This document shows, piece by piece, positions 43,467 to 53,988 of a stretch of 64,000 nucleotides of DNA. Numbering within the stretch: position 1 is the stretch's first letter; the number at the start of each line of letters is the position of its first letter. Source of the DNA: Prochlorococcus sp. AG-355-B18 (GTDB taxonomy: Bacteria; Cyanobacteriota; Cyanobacteriia; PCC-6307; Cyanobiaceae); NCBI GenBank assembly GCA_003280965.1, contig QCDI01000002.1, positions 32,001 through 96,000 of the forward strand. The letters run 5' to 3'. Made by a program: the position numbers and the translations under genes. The notes under the pieces are model-generated. The model did not search any database and had not been told where the DNA came from. It saw only the letters and a list, made by a program, of their open reading frames with translations.

Positions 43467-45047
43467 ATGTCTGGTTCAAGATGGTTTGACAAGTCTCTAG
43501 TACTTAGAGATGGAGTAAGACTTATATCCAGGATTTGGTTACCTAATAGTAATGGGCCATGGCCTGCATTATTAATGAGACAACCATATGGCAGGGAAAT
43601 AGCTTCAACTATTACCTATTCTCACCCAGAATGGTGGGCTTCCAAAGGATATATGGTAATAATTCAGGATGTTAGAGGTATGGGTTCTTCTGAAGGAGTT
43701 TTTAATGGTTTTTCTCAAGAAGCTAGCGATACTTCAGAAACACATGAATGGGTAAGGTCTCTAAAAGAATGTAATGGAAAACTTGGCTTATATGGTTTTT
43801 CATATCAAGGATTTACTCAACTAACTGGTGAATTAAATTCAAAGCCGCCCGATTGTTTATCTCCAGCAATGACTGGGATGAATATTAAGGATCATTGGTG
43901 CTCAGATGGAGGAGCATATTGGTGGCATAACAATATTGCATGGGGACTTCAAATCGCAGCAATAAAAATGAAAAGAGAAAATAAATTGCTTGAGTGGGAA
44001 AAGATAAGATTAGCCTTAGAAAATAAAAGTTATTTAAGGGATGGTCTTAATATCCTAAAAAAATATGATTCTAATAGTTTTGTCTTGGAATGGCTTAAAA
44101 ATTTAAATAATGCTATCCCATTTGAAGAATTTAAGCCAATTTCAACATGGATTAAACAACCTATGTTAATTATTGGAGGACTTTGGGATCCACATTTAAA
44201 AGGTGCCTTTGATCTTTATAAAAAATCTGTAGAAGCTGGTGGTAGTCCGGAGATAATTATTGGAAATGCGACACATCTAGATTGGTGGGAGGGCTCACAA
44301 GAATCTCTATTAAAATTTTTTGATAAACATTTAAAATTCGACGAAGAAATTAATTCTAAGGACTCTCAAAGAGAGAAAAAAATATGGAATATTTCATTAA
44401 ATAAATGGGAAGAATTAGATAATAAATTTCACCCTGAATTTATTTTTGGACTCAAAAGTGATGGCACAGCAAATGTAGATGTTGATGATGGAAGTTTGAC
44501 CATAAATTCAAAAGGATCAGGATGGTTCACAATTGTTAATGACCCATGGAGGCCTACCCCATCTGACGGGGGACATTTAGGGCCAAATCCAGGAAAGTTT
44601 AATAGAAATATTATTGATAAACGTCTGGATGTAGGTATTTTTCAAACCAATTCTTTTGAAGAAGACCAATACTTAACAGGAGTACCCACAATAGAAATCC
44701 AAGTAAAAAGCGATCAACCTAATTTTGATATATGTCTTGCTTTATCTTTAGTTGAAGAAGGTGATGAGAAGGTGATTCAATTTTCAACTGGATTCTTAAG
44801 GGTTAAAAGCTCTAAAATAAGTGAAGAATGCATTTATCAAATAACAATGCAGCCAACAAATATTTGTTTAATTAAAGGTAGTAAGCTTCGCTTATCTATA
44901 TCCGCAGCAGCTTATCCCGCTATTGGAGTTAATCCTGGATTTGGGGAGGGAAATGTTGGGGCGCCTTCAGCAAATCATAGAATTATTACTCTAAGTTTTA
45001 ACCTTAATAAAACATTTATGAAAATGACCCCTTTTTTTAATAAATAA
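43467..45047 (+). CDS. CocE/NonD-family serine hydrolase (acyl esterase)
   Basis: RDGVRL...W.P, LMRQPYG, QDVRG.G.SEG, GFSYQG nucleophile. Confidence 0.9.
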   Translation: MSGSRWFDKSLVLRDGVRLISRIWLPNSNGPWPALLMRQPYGREIASTITYSHPEWWASKGYMVIIQDVRGMGSSEGVFNGFSQEASDTSETHEWVRSLKECNGKLGLYGFSYQGFTQLTGELNSKPPDCLSPAMTGMNIKDHWCSDGGAYWWHNNIAWGLQIAAIKMKRENKLLEWEKIRLALENKSYLRDGLNILKKYDSNSFVLEWLKNLNNAIPFEEFKPISTWIKQPMLIIGGLWDPHLKGAFDLYKKSVEAGGSPEIIIGNATHLDWWEGSQESLLKFFDKHLKFDEEINSKDSQREKKIWNISLNKWEELDNKFHPEFIFGLKSDGTANVDVDDGSLTINSKGSGWFTIVNDPWRPTPSDGGHLGPNPGKFNRNIIDKRLDVGIFQTNSFEEDQYLTGVPTIEIQVKSDQPNFDICLALSLVEEGDEKVIQFSTGFLRVKSSKISEECIYQITMQPTNICLIKGSKLRLSISAAAYPAIGVNPGFGEGNVGAPSANHRIITLSFNLNKTFMKMTPFFNK

Positions 45048-45099
45048 TTATTTTTTTGGTTAATAATTTGATATTATTAATCCTTAATATCTACCAGTC

Positions 45100-47364
45100 A
45101 TGATCGAGACAATTCAAGCAGACTGGATTAAATCAGAAGCTATCAACCTAGAAAATTGTTGCAATGATAATCCATTAAAAATATTAGGTCCTCATTTTTA
45201 TGAAAAGCAATGGGTAATAAGGGTATGGATGCCTGAAGCCGACGAAGTTAAAATAAATTTTAAAAATAATATCTACAAAGCAGAAAGCATAAATCATAAA
45301 TGGCTTTTTGAAGCAATACTGCCTGAAAATCCTAGTTCTAATTACGAAATATATATTTCAAGAGGAGGGATCACACATACACAACATGACCCTTGGTCAT
45401 ATAGAGAAGAGTGGATGGGAGAAGTTGATAGACATCTTTTTGCAGAAGGTAATCATCATCATATCTGGGAAAAAATGGGAGCACATCTCATTGAAGAAAA
45501 GAATCAAAAAGGTGTCATGTTTTGCATCTGGGCTCCAAATGCAAAATCAATTTCGATAATTGGAGATATAAATTCTTGGGATGGAAGACATCATCCAATG
45601 CAAAAAAGATTAGGGGGAATTTGGGAACTATTCATGCCAACAATGCAAGAGTGCGACACATATAAATACGAAATAAGAACACAACAAGGTCATATTTATG
45701 AGAAAGCTGATCCATATGGTTTCCTTCATGAAATCAGACCTCAAAATGGATCAATAGTTTCAAAATTGAAAAACTTTAATTGGAATGATAGTTCTTGGAT
45801 TTCAAATAGAGATTCTTCTAGTCAAATTAACAAGCCAATTTCAGTTTATGAAATGCATTTAGGAAGTTGGCTCCATGAATCAACAGATAATAAATATCTT
45901 GAGGCCAATGGTGAACAAAGAGAAGCAGTGCCTGCAGCCGATTTAAAACCTGGAACAAGATTATTAACTTATCCAGAATTAACCAAGAAACTCATTCCTT
46001 ACGTAAAAGAGAGAGGATTCACTCATATTGAATTAATGCCAATATCTGAACATCCTTTCGATGGTTCATGGGGATACCAGGTTACAGGCTGGTACGCACC
46101 AACAAGTAGATTTGGCACCCCAAATGAATTTAGAGAGTTTGTAAATAAATGTCATGAAGAGGGCATAGGCGTAATTCTTGATTGGGTGCCTGGTCATTTT
46201 CCAAAAGATAAGCATGGTTTAGCATTTTTTGATGGCTGCCATCTTTATGAACATGGAGATTCACGAATAGGTGAACACAAGGAATGGGGAACCCTAATAT
46301 TTAATTACAGCAGAAACGAAGTAAGAAATTTCTTAGTAGCTAACCTCGTTTATTGGTTTGAAGAGTTTCATATTGATGGCATAAGAGTAGATGCTGTAGC
46401 TTCAATGCTTTACAGAGATTATCTACGTCCAGATGGAGAATGGATACCTAATGAAAATGGTGGGAATGAAAATATAGAAGCCGTTAAATTTCTTCAACAG
46501 GCTAATCATGTACTATTCCAACACTTCCCAGGTGCACTTTCTATCGCTGAAGAATCAACAACTTGGCCAATGGTAACCAAACCAACTGACATGGGAGGTT
46601 TAGGGTTTAACTTGAAATGGAATATGGGATGGATGCACGATATGCTTGATTATTTTGAAATAGATCCTTGGTTTAGGCAATTCCATCAAAATAGTGTAAC
46701 TTTCTCAATTACATACAACTATACAGAGAACTTTATGCTTGCACTTAGTCATGATGAGGTTGTCCATGGGAAAAGTCATCTTTTGCATAAAATGCCTGGC
46801 GACGACTGGAAGAAATATGCAAATACTCGAGCATTACTAACATATATGTGGACCCACCCTGGTAAAAAAACGATATTTATGGGAATGGAATTTGGGCAAA
46901 GACAAGAATGGAATGTTTGGGATGATCTGCAATGGGAGTTACTAGAGTTTGAGCCTCATAAAGGTATCAGAAACTTGATTGATGACCTAAACGTTCTTTA
47001 TAAAAATGAACCTGCATTATGGAAAAATGACTTTGATCCATATGGATTCCAATGGATTGATTGTAATGACAAATCTAATTCAGTTATAAGTTTCATGAGA
47101 AGAGAAAACGATACCAATGAGTGGCTTGTTGTTGTTGCTAACTTTACACCTAATACTCATGGGTCATACAAAGTAGGTGTTCCTGTGGAAGGATTCTATA
47201 AAGAAATATTTAATTCAGATGGCTCTAGATACGGGGGCAGTAACAAAGGAAATATGGGGGGTAAAGAAACTATAAATTACAATATTCATGATTATCAAAA
47301 TGCTCTAGAACTTGCTTTGCCCCCATTAAGCGTGAGTATCTTCAAGCATCAATCAAAAAAATAA
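45100..47364 (+). CDS. glgB: 1,4-alpha-glucan (glycogen) branching enzyme
   Basis: [46 protein letters not shown]. Confidence 0.98.
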   Translation: MIETIQADWIKSEAINLENCCNDNPLKILGPHFYEKQWVIRVWMPEADEVKINFKNNIYKAESINHKWLFEAILPENPSSNYEIYISRGGITHTQHDPWSYREEWMGEVDRHLFAEGNHHHIWEKMGAHLIEEKNQKGVMFCIWAPNAKSISIIGDINSWDGRHHPMQKRLGGIWELFMPTMQECDTYKYEIRTQQGHIYEKADPYGFLHEIRPQNGSIVSKLKNFNWNDSSWISNRDSSSQINKPISVYEMHLGSWLHESTDNKYLEANGEQREAVPAADLKPGTRLLTYPELTKKLIPYVKERGFTHIELMPISEHPFDGSWGYQVTGWYAPTSRFGTPNEFREFVNKCHEEGIGVILDWVPGHFPKDKHGLAFFDGCHLYEHGDSRIGEHKEWGTLIFNYSRNEVRNFLVANLVYWFEEFHIDGIRVDAVASMLYRDYLRPDGEWIPNENGGNENIEAVKFLQQANHVLFQHFPGALSIAEESTTWPMVTKPTDMGGLGFNLKWNMGWMHDMLDYFEIDPWFRQFHQNSVTFSITYNYTENFMLALSHDEVVHGKSHLLHKMPGDDWKKYANTRALLTYMWTHPGKKTIFMGMEFGQRQEWNVWDDLQWELLEFEPHKGIRNLIDDLNVLYKNEPALWKNDFDPYGFQWIDCNDKSNSVISFMRRENDTNEWLVVVANFTPNTHGSYKVGVPVEGFYKEIFNSDGSRYGGSNKGNMGGKETINYNIHDYQNALELALPPLSVSIFKHQSKK

Positions 47365-47480
47365 GAAGGCTCATTTAACTTAGTGCTTCATATAAATGTT
47401 CATATAACGCTTTTGCTCTGCTTTACATTGTAAGATTTTTAAGTTGGATTTTAATTTTTTTTTAAATATTGAATTGAAAA

Positions 47481-48521
47481 ATGGGTCAAGATTTACCACT
47501 ACTACTTTCTGCCGCATTAGGTAAAAAAGTAAATAGGCCTCCAGTATGGATGATGAGGCAAGCAGGAAGATATATGAAAATCTATAGAGATTTAAGGGAG
47601 CGTTACCCAAGCTTTAGAGAGAGGTCTGAAAATCCAGAACTGTCATATGAGATTTCAATGCAGCCTTTTCATGCTTTCAGACCGGATGGTGTGATCCTTT
47701 TTTCAGATATTCTCACACCTCTTCCAGGGATGGGCATAAATTTCGAAATAATAGAAAGCAAAGGTCCAATTATTGAGGACCCAATAAGAACTCTTAAACA
47801 GGTAGAAAATTTAAAAGAATTAAATCCAAGTGAGAGTTTAAGCTTTGTTGGGCAAGTTCTTTCTTCACTAAAAAAAGATGTTAATAATGATGCAACAGTT
47901 TTAGGTTTTGTTGGCGCACCTTGGACTCTTGCTGCATATGTAGTTGAAGGTAAAAGTAGTAAAAATTATTCATTAATAAAATCAATGGCTTTTAATGAAC
48001 CAGATTTACTTCATAAACTTCTTGATCATTTTGCAAAATCTATTGGTGAATATCTTAAATATCAAATAAAATCTGGAGCGCAAGTAGTACAAATTTTTGA
48101 TTCATGGGCAGGCCAACTAAGCCCACAAGATTACGATATCTTTGCTGGTCCGTATCAAAAAAAAGTTGTTGAAATTGTAAAAGCAGAATACCCTGAAACT
48201 CCAATAATTCTCTACATTTCAGGAAGTGCTGGTGTCATAGAAAGAATGGCAAAAACTGGAGTAGATATAATCTCATTAGACTGGACAGTAGATATCGAAG
48301 AGGCTTGTAAAAGAATCCCTAGTGGGATAGGAATTCAAGGTAATATTGATCCTGGCATTTTATTCGGGAACAAAGAATCAATAAAAAAAAGGATAGATAA
48401 TACTTTTAATAAAATAAAAGACAGGAAATATATTCTTAATTTGGGTCATGGGATATTACCTGGGACTCCAGAAGAAAATGCTCAAACATTTTTTGAACAT
48501 GGAAAAAAACTCACTTACTAG
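47481..48521 (+). CDS. hemE: Uroporphyrinogen decarboxylase
   Basis: [37 protein letters not shown]. Confidence 0.98.
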   Translation: MGQDLPLLLSAALGKKVNRPPVWMMRQAGRYMKIYRDLRERYPSFRERSENPELSYEISMQPFHAFRPDGVILFSDILTPLPGMGINFEIIESKGPIIEDPIRTLKQVENLKELNPSESLSFVGQVLSSLKKDVNNDATVLGFVGAPWTLAAYVVEGKSSKNYSLIKSMAFNEPDLLHKLLDHFAKSIGEYLKYQIKSGAQVVQIFDSWAGQLSPQDYDIFAGPYQKKVVEIVKAEYPETPIILYISGSAGVIERMAKTGVDIISLDWTVDIEEACKRIPSGIGIQGNIDPGILFGNKESIKKRIDNTFNKIKDRKYILNLGHGILPGTPEENAQTFFEHGKKLTY

Positions 48522-48529
48522 TTTAAGTC

Positions 48530-49513
48530 TTGGCATATAAAAACTTATTAATCACAGGTGCGAATGGATGTGTTGGCCAATATGTAGTTGATTGGTTTTT
48601 AAAAAACACAAAATTCAGGCTTTATCTCATGGTAAGAGATAAAAGTAAGTTGCCAATTTCTATTCAAGAAAATAGAAAAGTCAAGTTAATGGTTTGTGAT
48701 ATCAGGGAATCAAATAGGTATAAAAAGGAAATTAGTCAAATAAATTACCTAATACACACTGCTACCGCTTGGGGAGATCCAAGAAGAGCCTATGAAGTAA
48801 ATATTAAAGCATTTGAAGAATTACTTGAAATGCTTGATATTGAAAAATTAGAAAAGATTATTTATTTTTCAACGGCTAGTATTCTTGATACCCAAACAGA
48901 ACTAATGAGGGAATCATTGATTTATGGAACTGAGTACATTCAAACAAAATATGAATGTTTCCAAAGACTTAGAGAAAGCTCATTTGCAGAAAAAACATTT
49001 GCTGTTTTCCCTACCTTAGTTTTTGGAGGAAATCTTGGGGGAAAAAGTAAATATCCTGTGAGTTATTTAACTAGTGGATTGGAAGAGATTGGGAAATGGC
49101 TTTGGTTAGCAAGATTTTTCAAACTCGATTCTAAATTTCACTTTATACACGCAAATGATATCGCCCAGATTTGCGGGTTTCTAATCAAAAATCATAAAGA
49201 AGACCAATACAAAGGCTTTAGAAAATTTGTGTTAGGTCAGAAATTCATTTCAATTGATGATGCCATAATTACACTTTTAAAAAGACATAATATGGAGAGA
49301 TACTTTGCGATACCGCTTACAAAAAATATTCTAAAAATATTATTAAGAATTCTCCCCATCCAAACTACTCCTTGGGATAGCTTCAGTATCAAAAAATATG
49401 ACTTTAATCATGTCCCCATCACTAATCCTGAGACTTTCAAACTTAAAAGTTATGCCAAGTCACTGAATGATATTTTAAGGTTATCAAAGTTACCAAGCTG
49501 TAATAACAATTAA
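48530..49513 (+). CDS. NAD-dependent epimerase/dehydratase (extended SDR)
   Basis: LITGANGCVG Rossmann motif, YFSTAS, Y...K (YIQTK). Confidence 0.85.
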   Translation: MAYKNLLITGANGCVGQYVVDWFLKNTKFRLYLMVRDKSKLPISIQENRKVKLMVCDIRESNRYKKEISQINYLIHTATAWGDPRRAYEVNIKAFEELLEMLDIEKLEKIIYFSTASILDTQTELMRESLIYGTEYIQTKYECFQRLRESSFAEKTFAVFPTLVFGGNLGGKSKYPVSYLTSGLEEIGKWLWLARFFKLDSKFHFIHANDIAQICGFLIKNHKEDQYKGFRKFVLGQKFISIDDAIITLLKRHNMERYFAIPLTKNILKILLRILPIQTTPWDSFSIKKYDFNHVPITNPETFKLKSYAKSLNDILRLSKLPSCNNN

Positions 49514-49572
49514 AATTCTCGCAGTTAGGTAACCAAAGCCTTGTAATATATATAAATAAGTAAATTTTAATT

Positions 49573-49923
49573 ATGTTACGTTCAATCTTTGCAGGGTTAT
49601 TCGCAATAGTTTTAACTCTAGGTCTAGGTATCTCATCAGTTTCAGCTAAGACTGTTGAAGTAAAACTCGGAACAGATGCTGGAATGCTTGCATTTGAACC
49701 GAGTACAGTAACCATTAGTACTGGTGATACAGTTAAATTCGTCAATAATAAACTAGCCCCTCACAATGCTGTTTTTGATGGCCATGAGGAATTAAGTCAT
49801 GCAGACTTAGCTTTTGCTCCAGGAGAGTCTTGGGAAGAAACATTTGATACTGCTGGAACTTATGATTACTATTGCGAGCCACATAGAGGCGCTGGAATGG
49901 TAGGTAAAGTTATAGTTGAATAA
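49573..49923 (+). CDS. petE: Plastocyanin
   Basis: Signal peptide ending [17 protein letters not shown] type-1 copper ligands. Confidence 0.98.
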   Translation: MLRSIFAGLFAIVLTLGLGISSVSAKTVEVKLGTDAGMLAFEPSTVTISTGDTVKFVNNKLAPHNAVFDGHEELSHADLAFAPGESWEETFDTAGTYDYYCEPHRGAGMVGKVIVE

Positions 49924-49989
49924 ATCTTCTAAATAGTTAATATACCCTTTTACTTAATATTTATTACAGTCATATCCAATTCTTGATTG

Positions 49990-52572
49990 ATGAAAATAGT
50001 TCCAAGCGAATTTTCAAATTCTGCTTGGGACTTTTTTATTTCTGCCAAAGAAATTGCTTATAAAAATCACCAACAAGACGTAGACTCAGATAATTTATTG
50101 TTAGCTCTTATAAAGGAGGACAACTTTACAAAAAAGATCTTAAAAAAAAATAATGTAAACATCAAAGAGTTTGAGAAAGAAATAGTTTCTTCATTAAGTT
50201 CAAAGGCAAAAATGAAAAACAAACAGGATAACTTGTATATTGGTGATTCTCTTTACAAAATATTTTTAAAAGCAAATGATATTAAAAACGCTTTAGATGA
50301 TGTAGTGATATCAACAGAACACTTAGTTTACGGTTTGACTTATGATGATAAATACGGATTACGAATCTTAAATCAAAAAAGTATCCCTGTATTTCTTGAA
50401 ACTATTAAGAAAATGAAGTCAGATCCAGCATTAAAAAATGACTTTGATACTTCTAATGAGTCTTTAGATAAATATGGTATTGATCTAACCCAATCAGCAA
50501 GGGATGGAGTCTTAGATCCAGTTATTGGTAGGGATGAAGAAATTAGAAGAACAATTCAAATATTGAGTAGAAGAACAAAAAATAATCCCGTTCTTATTGG
50601 AGAACCTGGAGTTGGTAAAACAGCCATAGTGGAAGGGTTGTCTCAAAGAATTATTAATGGCGATGTACCTTCTGCATTGCAAAATAGGCAACTAATTTCA
50701 TTAGATATGGGTTCACTTTTAGCTGGAGCAAAATATCGTGGTGAATTTGAAGAAAGAATAAAAAATGTCCTAAAGAAAGTGAAAGAATCAGACGGTAAGA
50801 TCATTCTTTTTATTGACGAAATTCATACAGTAGTTGGTGCAGGCGCTAGTGGAGGTTCTTTAGATGCAAGCAACTTATTAAAACCAATGCTTGCAAGAGG
50901 AGAACTTAGATGTATTGGTGCTACAACTATTAATGAACACAAACAAAATATAGAAAAAGATCCTGCATTAGAACGTAGATTTCAGAAAATAAAAATTGAT
51001 GCTCCTTCAATAGATGATACTGTATCAATATTAAGAGGATTAAGAGAAAGATATGAAGTTCACCATAGTGTGAGAATTTCTGATAATGCTTTGGTTGCAG
51101 CAGCCACCCTTAGCGAAAGATATATTAACGATAGATTTCTTCCTGACAAAGCAATTGATTTAATCGATGAAGCAGCCTCAAGATTGAATATGGTCATAAC
51201 TTCCAAACCTGAAGAAATCGATGAAATTGATCGAAAAGTCCTTCAGTATGAGATGGAAAAATTATCTTTAAAAAGAGAAACAGATGAGTTTTCCATAGAA
51301 AGATTAAAAAAAATTAATAATGAACTTATTTCACTTAAAAAAAGACAGGAAGAATTAGGCGCTCAATGGAAAAAAGAAAAAGATGAAATTAATGAGATTA
51401 GCACCATAAAAGAAGAAATTGAATCCATACAATTACAAATAGATCAAGCTAAAAGGAATTTCGACCTCAATAAAGCAGCAGAATTGGAATTTGGGACTTT
51501 AAATTCTTTACAAAAAAAATTAAAAGAAAAAAGTGAGTCCCTTGTTAATTCTCAAAAAAATGGAGTGACAAGTCTTTTAAGGCAAGAGGTGACTTTTGAT
51601 GATATTGCAGAAGTTGTCTCAAAGTGGACCTCAATTCCAGTTCAAAACTTAAACCAGTCAGAAAAAGATAAGCTTTTAAGCCTAGAGTCGACCCTTAAAG
51701 AAAAAATCATTGGTCAAGAAAGTGCAATTAGAGCTGTTGCAGATTCAATTAAGAGATCGAGGACTGGACTAAATGATCCAAACAAGCCATTAGCCAGTTT
51801 CCTCTTTTTAGGTCCAACTGGTGTTGGGAAAACAGAACTGAGTAAAGTGACAGCAAAAATTATATTCGATTCAAATTCCTCAATTACAAGACTGGATATG
51901 TCTGAATATATGGAAAAGCATTCAGTTAGCAAAATCATAGGTGCCCCTCCTGGATATTTAGGTTTCGAATCAGGCGGTCAATTAACTGAAGCAGTGCGAA
52001 AAAGTCCTTATTCGTTGATACTTCTTGATGAAATAGAAAAAGCACACAAAGATATTTTAGATATTCTTTTACAGGTTCTTGATGATGGAATTATTACTGA
52101 TGGTCAGGGTCGTACAATCAATTTCAAAAATTCAATCATTGTTCTCACAAGTAATTTAGGAAGCCAATCAATAAATGATCTATCAGTTAGAAAAGAAGAT
52201 ACAAATGAAATTAAAAAAGTTGTAGATAATGAACTTAAAAAATTTTTCAAGCCTGAGTTTTTAAATCGACTTGATGAAATAGTTATTTTTAATAATTTAG
52301 AATTAAACGAGATAAAAGAAATTGCAAAAATCCAACTTCAAAATTTAGAAAAAAGACTTAACAAAAAAAACTTAAAATTCAAAATTACGGATGAAGCAAT
52401 TAACCAACTTGTCGAAGATAGTTTCGATCATGCGTATGGTGCAAGGCCTTTAAAAAGAATTATTCAAAAACAACTTGAGACAAAAATTTCAAATAATATT
52501 TTGAATAATCACTACCTTAATAAAGACGAAATTAATATTTATCAGGTTAATGGAGAGATAATTGTTGATTAA
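49990..52572 (+). CDS. clpB: ATP-dependent disaggregase ClpB (ORF track starts at TTG 49987; ATG at 49990 used)
   Basis: Two AAA+ modules (GEPGVGKT, GPTGVGKT), coiled-coil middle domain, GARPLKR. Confidence 0.95.
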   Translation: MKIVPSEFSNSAWDFFISAKEIAYKNHQQDVDSDNLLLALIKEDNFTKKILKKNNVNIKEFEKEIVSSLSSKAKMKNKQDNLYIGDSLYKIFLKANDIKNALDDVVISTEHLVYGLTYDDKYGLRILNQKSIPVFLETIKKMKSDPALKNDFDTSNESLDKYGIDLTQSARDGVLDPVIGRDEEIRRTIQILSRRTKNNPVLIGEPGVGKTAIVEGLSQRIINGDVPSALQNRQLISLDMGSLLAGAKYRGEFEERIKNVLKKVKESDGKIILFIDEIHTVVGAGASGGSLDASNLLKPMLARGELRCIGATTINEHKQNIEKDPALERRFQKIKIDAPSIDDTVSILRGLRERYEVHHSVRISDNALVAAATLSERYINDRFLPDKAIDLIDEAASRLNMVITSKPEEIDEIDRKVLQYEMEKLSLKRETDEFSIERLKKINNELISLKKRQEELGAQWKKEKDEINEISTIKEEIESIQLQIDQAKRNFDLNKAAELEFGTLNSLQKKLKEKSESLVNSQKNGVTSLLRQEVTFDDIAEVVSKWTSIPVQNLNQSEKDKLLSLESTLKEKIIGQESAIRAVADSIKRSRTGLNDPNKPLASFLFLGPTGVGKTELSKVTAKIIFDSNSSITRLDMSEYMEKHSVSKIIGAPPGYLGFESGGQLTEAVRKSPYSLILLDEIEKAHKDILDILLQVLDDGIITDGQGRTINFKNSIIVLTSNLGSQSINDLSVRKEDTNEIKKVVDNELKKFFKPEFLNRLDEIVIFNNLELNEIKEIAKIQLQNLEKRLNKKNLKFKITDEAINQLVEDSFDHAYGARPLKRIIQKQLETKISNNILNNHYLNKDEINIYQVNGEIIVD

Positions 52573-52622
52573 ATATATAAATAAAAGAAATCTATATGAC
52601 TACAAATTTAACAACTTTAAAT

Positions 52623-53096
52623 CTAAGGTTTGAACCAAACTGGAATTTCCTCATAACATGCTTTATTAGATTTATTTTCTTTTGATTCTGTTTTCCAACA
52701 ACATGTTCTTCCCTTATCCTTATCCTTCAAGTATTCATTAGCCCATCTCCAGATTAATTCAGAACTAAACTCCATTCCCACATTGCCCATAATTCTCAGA
52801 TCTAAAGCATCTAAGTCATTTAATTCTTTCCAATAATTCATTAAGGGGTCATCTTTATTTATCAAAAAAGTATGATCAAATTGCTCCTTTAGTCTATTTT
52901 CAAGAGGTTTTAGACTTGAAAAATCCACAACAAAACCATTTAGGTCTAATTTTTTTGCAGTAAACCAAAAGGTAAAAGATCTTGAATATCCATGTACAAA
53001 TCTGCAGTGGCCTTCATGGTTCCATTGCCTATGTGAACAGGGAAAATCATCATAACTTTTACTGCATGAAAATTTCAGAGAATGAATATACATCAA
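52623..53096 (-). CDS. queD: 6-carboxytetrahydropterin synthase / PTPS family
   Basis: CSHRQ, CRFVHGY, VVDF..LK, FDHTFL motifs; HGY variant makes the exact activity less certain. Confidence 0.75.
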   Translation of the reverse strand: MMYIHSLKFSCSKSYDDFPCSHRQWNHEGHCRFVHGYSRSFTFWFTAKKLDLNGFVVDFSSLKPLENRLKEQFDHTFLINKDDPLMNYWKELNDLDALDLRIMGNVGMEFSSELIWRWANEYLKDKDKGRTCCWKTESKENKSNKACYEEIPVWFKP

Positions 53097-53156
53097 TTAA
53101 CTGTTAGGATATTCTTTAATAAAACACATTGAGCAGGAATTAGCATACCGAACATA

Positions 53157-53816
53157 ATGGCTTATTCAACTAATTTTTCGATAGAAGATCTACACTTTGA
53201 TAATAATGGATTAATCCCCGCAGTAGCACAAGATTGGCTAGACGGATCAATACTTATGCTTGCTTGGATGAATAAAGAATCCTTGACAAAAACTCTTGAA
53301 ACTAAAAACGTTCATTATTGGAGTAGATCAAGATCCGAACTTTGGAGAAAAGGAGCTACAAGTGGAAGTACCCAACTACTAAAAGAGATAAGATTCGACT
53401 GCGATAATGATGCACTAATCCTTTTGATTGAACAAAATGGTTCGGGAGCTTGTCACACTGGAGAAAAAAGTTGCTTCTTCAACGAAATCCAAATCAACCA
53501 AAATAATAAAAAAGAGAAGAAAACAACTCCCTTCTCGAATATTTGCTCTGAATTGTTTAATATCATTAATGAAAGATCAATAAACCCTTCAGAAAAAAGC
53601 TATACAAATTACTTATTAACAAAAGGCAGTAATACTATTTTAAAAAAAATAGGGGAAGAATCTGCTGAATTTATAATGGCTTGCAAAGATAATGACAAAA
53701 ATTCAATCTCAAATGAAGCTGCAGATTTAATTTATCATTTGCAAGTAGCCCTTATGCACAAAGATGTTGACTGGAGAGATGTTCTTGCTGTTCTAGAATC
53801 AAGAAGAAAAAATTAA
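53157..53816 (+). CDS. hisIE: Phosphoribosyl-AMP cyclohydrolase / phosphoribosyl-ATP pyrophosphatase
   Basis: YWSRSR..LW.KG.TSG, DCDND, ACHTG..SCF, KKIGEE, EAADL.YH. Confidence 0.97.
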   Translation: MAYSTNFSIEDLHFDNNGLIPAVAQDWLDGSILMLAWMNKESLTKTLETKNVHYWSRSRSELWRKGATSGSTQLLKEIRFDCDNDALILLIEQNGSGACHTGEKSCFFNEIQINQNNKKEKKTTPFSNICSELFNIINERSINPSEKSYTNYLLTKGSNTILKKIGEESAEFIMACKDNDKNSISNEAADLIYHLQVALMHKDVDWRDVLAVLESRRKN

Positions 53817-53894
53817 ATAATAAAATTAATTAATTTTTAAGTATTCTATTTAAAATTAGGGTAAAAGTTATTAAACAAACTAATTAACAATAAT

Positions 53895-53927
53895 TAATTA
53901 ATTATTAATTAATTATTAATTAATTAT
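53895..53927. repeat. Perfect tandem repeat (TAATTAATTAT) x3 in the sigma-factor upstream region
   Basis: Read directly: units at 53895-53905, 53906-53916, 53917-53927, flanked by partial TAAT units. Confidence 0.9.
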
Positions 53928-53988
53928 TACATGTATGGCTTATTACTGAATTAACTATAAGTTGAATATATCAATTAAGAGGTAAATC

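Noticed and set aside
53817..53988. AT-only repeat tract as an oriC DNA-unwinding element
   Set aside because: No cluster of DnaA boxes (TT[A/T]TCCACA-like) seen around it and it is about 9 kb from dnaA; kept only as a promoter-region repeat
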